Below, piece by piece: positions 59,674-64,000 of a stretch of 64,000 bases of DNA. The DNA is taken from positions 6,698,001-6,762,000 of the forward strand of contig CM075990.1 of assembly GCA_038087875.1 (NCBI GenBank), given 5' to 3'. The position numbers and the translations under genes are program-made. The notes under the pieces are model-generated. The model had not been told where the DNA came from, searched no databases, and saw nothing but the letters and a program-made list of their open reading frames with translations. Position 1 is the first letter of the stretch. Each line of letters begins with the position of its first letter. Source of the stretch: Malacoraja senta (lineage: Eukaryota).

Positions 59674-60605
59674 GGTGGCACGGTGGTGCAGCGGTAGAGT
59701 TGCTGCCTTACAGCGCTCGAGATCCGGGTTCGATCCTGACAATAGGTGCTGTCTGTATGGAGTTTGTACGTTCTCCCCGTGGCCGCATGGGTTTCTCCAG
59801 GTGCTCCGGTTTCCTCACACACTCCCAAGACGTGCAGGTTTGTAGGTTAATTGGCTTTGGTAAAATTGTAAATTGCCCCAGTGTTTAAGATAGTGCTATT
59901 GACCTGCTATTGATCTCGAAAAGATCATCCACACATTTATCTCCTCCCGCCTAGATTACTGCAACTCCCTTTACACTAGCATCAGCCAATCTTCCCTATC
60001 CCGCCTGCAACTGGTCCAAAACGCCACAGCGAGACTCCTGACGGGCACCCGAAAAAGGGACCACATCACCCCAATCCTGGCCTCTCTCCACTGGCTCCCT
60101 GTGCGGTTCCGTATACATTTCAAGATCCTCCTCTATGTCTACAAACATTATGTCCACCTACATTAAAAGTCTTCTCACCCACCACTCCACCTCCAGGTCC
60201 CTCAGATCGGCCGACTTGGGGTTGGGGTTGCGGTCTAGGCATAAGCTCAGGGGCGACCGCGCCTTTGCGGTTGCAGCTCCTAGACTGTGGAACAGCATCC
60301 CCCTTCCCATCAGAACTGCCCCCTCCATCGACTCCTTTAAGTCAAGACTAAAAACGTATCTATACTCCCAAGCCTTTCTTGACGTCCTCTGAGCGAGGGC
60401 TATATGTATATATGTATGTAGTTTGTTTGTTTATACTATTCTTATAACAAATGTAAAGCACTTTGGCCAACGAGAGTTGTTTTTTAAATGTGCTATATAA
60501 ATAAATGTGACTTGACTTGACTTGACTTTAGTATGGGGATCGCTGGTCGGCGCAGACTCGGTGGGCTGAAGGGCCTGCTTCTGCGCTGTATCTCTAAAGT
60601 CTAAG
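59674..60605 (+). mobile_element. HE1/V-SINE-like SINE split by an L2 fragment
   Basis: Head and body 59674-59898, tail 60528-60605. Confidence 0.85.
59911..60527 (+). mobile_element. 5'-truncated L2 LINE
   Basis: Near-identical to about 63264-63897; (tgact)n tail. Confidence 0.92.
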
Positions 60606-61129
60606 CTCTCTGATGTCTCCCTGAAGTACTAAACTCGCTGGCACGGGAAATACAGTAATAGTCATGACCAAGTTACAGGATTATGTCTAAAACCAGAAAC
60701 CTTACCATAGCTTTGCAATTTGCTACTCTGGCCACTGTGAGTGATTGCTGTGCTCGAGGGGAACTCAGTCATTTGAAGTGTAAAAATAGAAAATTAAATA
60801 AAAAGTTGGCAGTAAGGCAGTCCGATGATTATTGCACAAGTTGCTTTGTTAATTCATAAGTGAGCATTGAAATATGGGAAGTGCACACAGAGGGCAGAAC
60901 ATAAATAAATTCAAAGGACAACTAGTTTTATTATGTGTGTCAACTTTATTTAAAAACCGCCTACATGTGATGAACTTTTGCAAACACACGACAACCATTT
61001 TCTAATCAGCAAGATGCCACATTAGTAATATCAATCGCAAAATAACGCGTAGAATCATTCAACTATTGTGGCATGGGAAGTTAGTCAATCTATCAAGTTT
61101 ATGCTGGATCCTAGCAGACCATAGACAAG

Positions 61130-61720
61130 GTATTGAAGGATATGGATCACATGCAGGCAGAGGAGATTAGTTTAACTTGGCATCATGTTCGACACAGATA
61201 TGATGGGCCGAATGGCCTGTTCCTGTGCCGTGCTGTTCTACATTCGATTCTCTATTTATGAGGAGGTTTACGAGAATGATCCCAGGAATGAGTATGTTAA
61301 CATATGGTGAGTGTTTGAAGGCACTGGGCTCGCTGGAGTTTAGATAGATTGAAACTTACCGAATAGTGAAAGGCTTGGATAGAGTGTATGTGGAGAGGAT
61401 GTTTCCACTAATGGAGAGTCTAGGACCAGAGGTCATAGCCTCAGAATTAAAGGACATTCCATTAGGGAGGAGATGAGGAGGAATATCTTTAGTCAGAGGG
61501 TGGTGAATCTGTGGAATTCATTGCCACAGAAGGCAAAGTCAGTGGATATTTTCAAGGCAGAGATAGATAGATTCTTGATTAATACGGGTGTGAGGGGTTA
61601 TGGGGAGAAGGCAGGAGAATGGGATTCAGAGGGAAAGATAGATCAGCCATGATTGAATGGTGGAGTAGACTTGAAGGGCCAAATGACCTAATTCTGCTCC
61701 TATTACTAATGAACTTATGA
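61130..61720 (+). mobile_element. CR1 3' fragments
   Basis: gaggaggtttacgagaatgatcccaggaatg...; resembles 8615-9115. Confidence 0.85.
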
Positions 61721-62026
61721 ACACTATTTTTCTCTGACCCATTCTCCTGCCTATCACGTGCACCTCTATATATTATTCTCCCTCATGTACATGTCCAATA
61801 CCCACCTAATATATTACACCACTCTCAAAAGGATAACGAGAATGAGGATGCGAGTTCCAAATCATAGCTGCACCACCTACATTTTGATTTCCCTCACATC
61901 GCCACTGTAGTTTTGTCCAATATTTTAAATAGGCTTCCCCTGTTTTTGCTTAACGTTGTTTGTTGGGACAATGTTAACCAACACTTCAGATGGTGCCAAG
62001 CCTAAAATACGTATGCATGTGTACTT

Positions 62027-62255
62027 TGGGCAGCTCGGTGGCGCAGCGGGAGGGTTGCTGCCTTACAACGCTGGGGACCTGGGTTCAATCCTGGCTATGT
62101 GTGCTGTCTGTTGGCAGATTGTATGTTCTCCCTGTGACCTGCATGGTTACTCTGGGTGCTCCGGTTTCCACCCACACTCCAAAGACATACAAGTTTGTAG
62201 GTTAATGGGCTTTGGTAAGATTGTAAATTGTCCCCAGTGTGTGAAGGATAGTGTG
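62027..62255 (+). mobile_element. HE1/V-SINE-like SINE (tail truncated)
   Basis: Family head and body. Confidence 0.8.
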
Positions 62256-62623
62256 ACAGCATTATGGAATAATATCATCTCCAATCACCAGGACCCCGTG
62301 CTCCAAACCCACTGTATAGTAGAGACCTATTGGCTGACATATTTAAGTTTGGGTTCAGGTTTAGGTTTAGGTATATATTGTCACAAGTACAGTGAAAAGC
62401 TTTGCGTTGCACGCTATCCAAACAGATCAGATATACCATGCATAAATACAATCAAATCAAACTCAAGTACAATAGATAGAGCAAAGGGGAAGATACAGAG
62501 TGCAGAATATACTTCTCAGCATTGTAGCGCATCAGTTCCAGAGACAAAGTCCTATGTCTGCAATGGGTAGAGGTGAATCAGACAGTAGCCTGGCTTATGG
62601 AAGGACCGTTCAGAAGCCTAATA

Positions 62624-63763
62624 GAAGACTGTGCAATTCTACTCCTTCTTGACCTCAGCGCAGCATTTGATACTGTCGACCACACCATCCTAATTGACCG
62701 TCTCCGGTATGGGGTTGGTATTGATGGCACTGCCCTGAGCTGGTTCATCTCCTACCTCAAAGGTAGGAGTTTCTCGACTAACATAGGCAACTCTTTCTCC
62801 TCCCCAGCTAAACTCTGCTGTGGGGTTCCACAAGGTTCCATCCTTGGCCCCATTCTCTTCTCTCTGTATATGCTCCCCTTAGGCCAAGTCATTGAAAGGC
62901 ACGGCATTTCCTTCCATTGCTACGCAGACGATACAAAACTCTATCTTCCCCTGAAGCCCAAAAAACAATCAAATCTGTTTAACCTTACCCACTGCCTCGA
63001 GGATATAAAGTGTCGGATGGCCCAGAACTTCCTCCAACTAAACGAGAGTAAGTCTGAGGTCATCCTTCTCGGCCCCTCGGACTCAATCAAACTGATAGCA
63101 GGCAGCCTTGGAAGCCTTACCCCACTACTCAAACCTCACGTCAAAAACCTTGGCGTTATATTTGACTCAGCACTGAAATTTGACAAACAAGTCAATGCCG
63201 TGGTAAAAGCTAGCTTCTTTCAGCTTCGGACGATAGCTAAAATAAAACAATTCCTCCAGTTTGATGACCTCGAAAAGATCATCCACACATTTATCTCCTC
63301 CCGCCTAGATTACTGCAACTCCCTTTACATTGGCATCAGCCAATCTTCCCTGTCCCGCCTGCAACTGGTCCAAAACGCCGCAGCGAGACTCCTGACGGGC
63401 ACCCGAAAAAGGGACCACATCACCCCGATCCTGGCCTCTCTCCACTGGCTCCCTGTGCGGTTCCGTATAAATTTCAAGATCCTCCTCCATGTCTACAAAG
63501 CCCTCAATGGGCTTGCCCCCACCTACATAAAAAGTCTTCTCACCCACCACTCCACCTCCAGGCCCCTCAGATCGGCCGACTTGGGGTTGCTGAATATCCC
63601 ACGGTATAGGCATAAGCTCAGGGGCGACCGCGCCTTTGCGATTGCAGCCCCTAGACTGTGGAACGGCATCCCCTTTCCCATCAGAACTGCCCCCTCCATC
63701 GACTCTTTTAAGTCAAGACTAAAGACTTATCTATACTCCCAAGCCTTTCCTGATGGCCTCTGA
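62624..63763 (+). pseudogene. L2 ORF2 C-terminal half (reverse transcriptase), open but 5'-truncated
   Basis: [68 protein letters not shown]. Confidence 0.93.
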
Positions 63764-63897
63764 GTGAGGGCTACATGTATATATGTATGTAGTTTGTTTT
63801 GTTTGTGCTATTCTTATAACAAATGTAAAGCACTTTGGCCAACGAGAGTTGTTTTTTAAATGTGCTATATAAATAAATGTGACTTGACTTGACTTGA
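62624..63897 (+). mobile_element. Young 5'-truncated L2 LINE inserted in a Rex-Babar fragment
   Basis: 6-bp TSD ctaata (62618-62623, 63898-63903); (tgact)n tail. Confidence 0.93.
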
Positions 63898-64000
63898 CTA
63901 ATAACAGAGGGGGATATGTATATTAGGCCAATAAAGACTAGGGAGATATGCAGTGAGTAAATCAGTTCTATAAGTAGATATACAGTAAGTAACACAGTTC

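Noticed and set aside
62573..63763. 396-aa ORF as a host gene
   Set aside because: It is a 5'-truncated L2 ORF2; the first 17 codons come from flanking repeat upstream of the TSD.

Overview
Repeat-dense vertebrate DNA, most likely intronic or intergenic sequence from a cartilaginous fish such as a skate or ray. That assignment is inferred from the HE1/V-SINE-like, CR1, Rex-Babar, L2, Tx1 and Penelope repeat mix. I recognise no intact host gene; the best candidate is one 112-bp exon. Large elements are a DIRS1-type tyrosine-recombinase retrotransposon with complete termini but decayed ORFs (14523-19335, minus), a full-length inactive DD34E Tc1 transposon (51076-52690), two near-identical 5'-truncated L2 copies, three Harbinger-type MITEs and a 1.1-kb hAT-like element. 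The most striking signal is RNA structure. Four short (about 130-175 bp) TSD-flanked, GAA-tailed retroposons, from three families with little sequence similarity, each begin exactly at G1 of an HDV/CPEB3-like ribozyme fold (21428-21602, 34847-34974, 43480-43648, 54513-54650). One of them sits inside the HDV-like head of a larger RTE-derived element. The abundant palindromic Penelope-type repeats also carry a minimal hammerhead core. All family names come from motif recognition, not database searches, and boundaries of old repeats are approximate.
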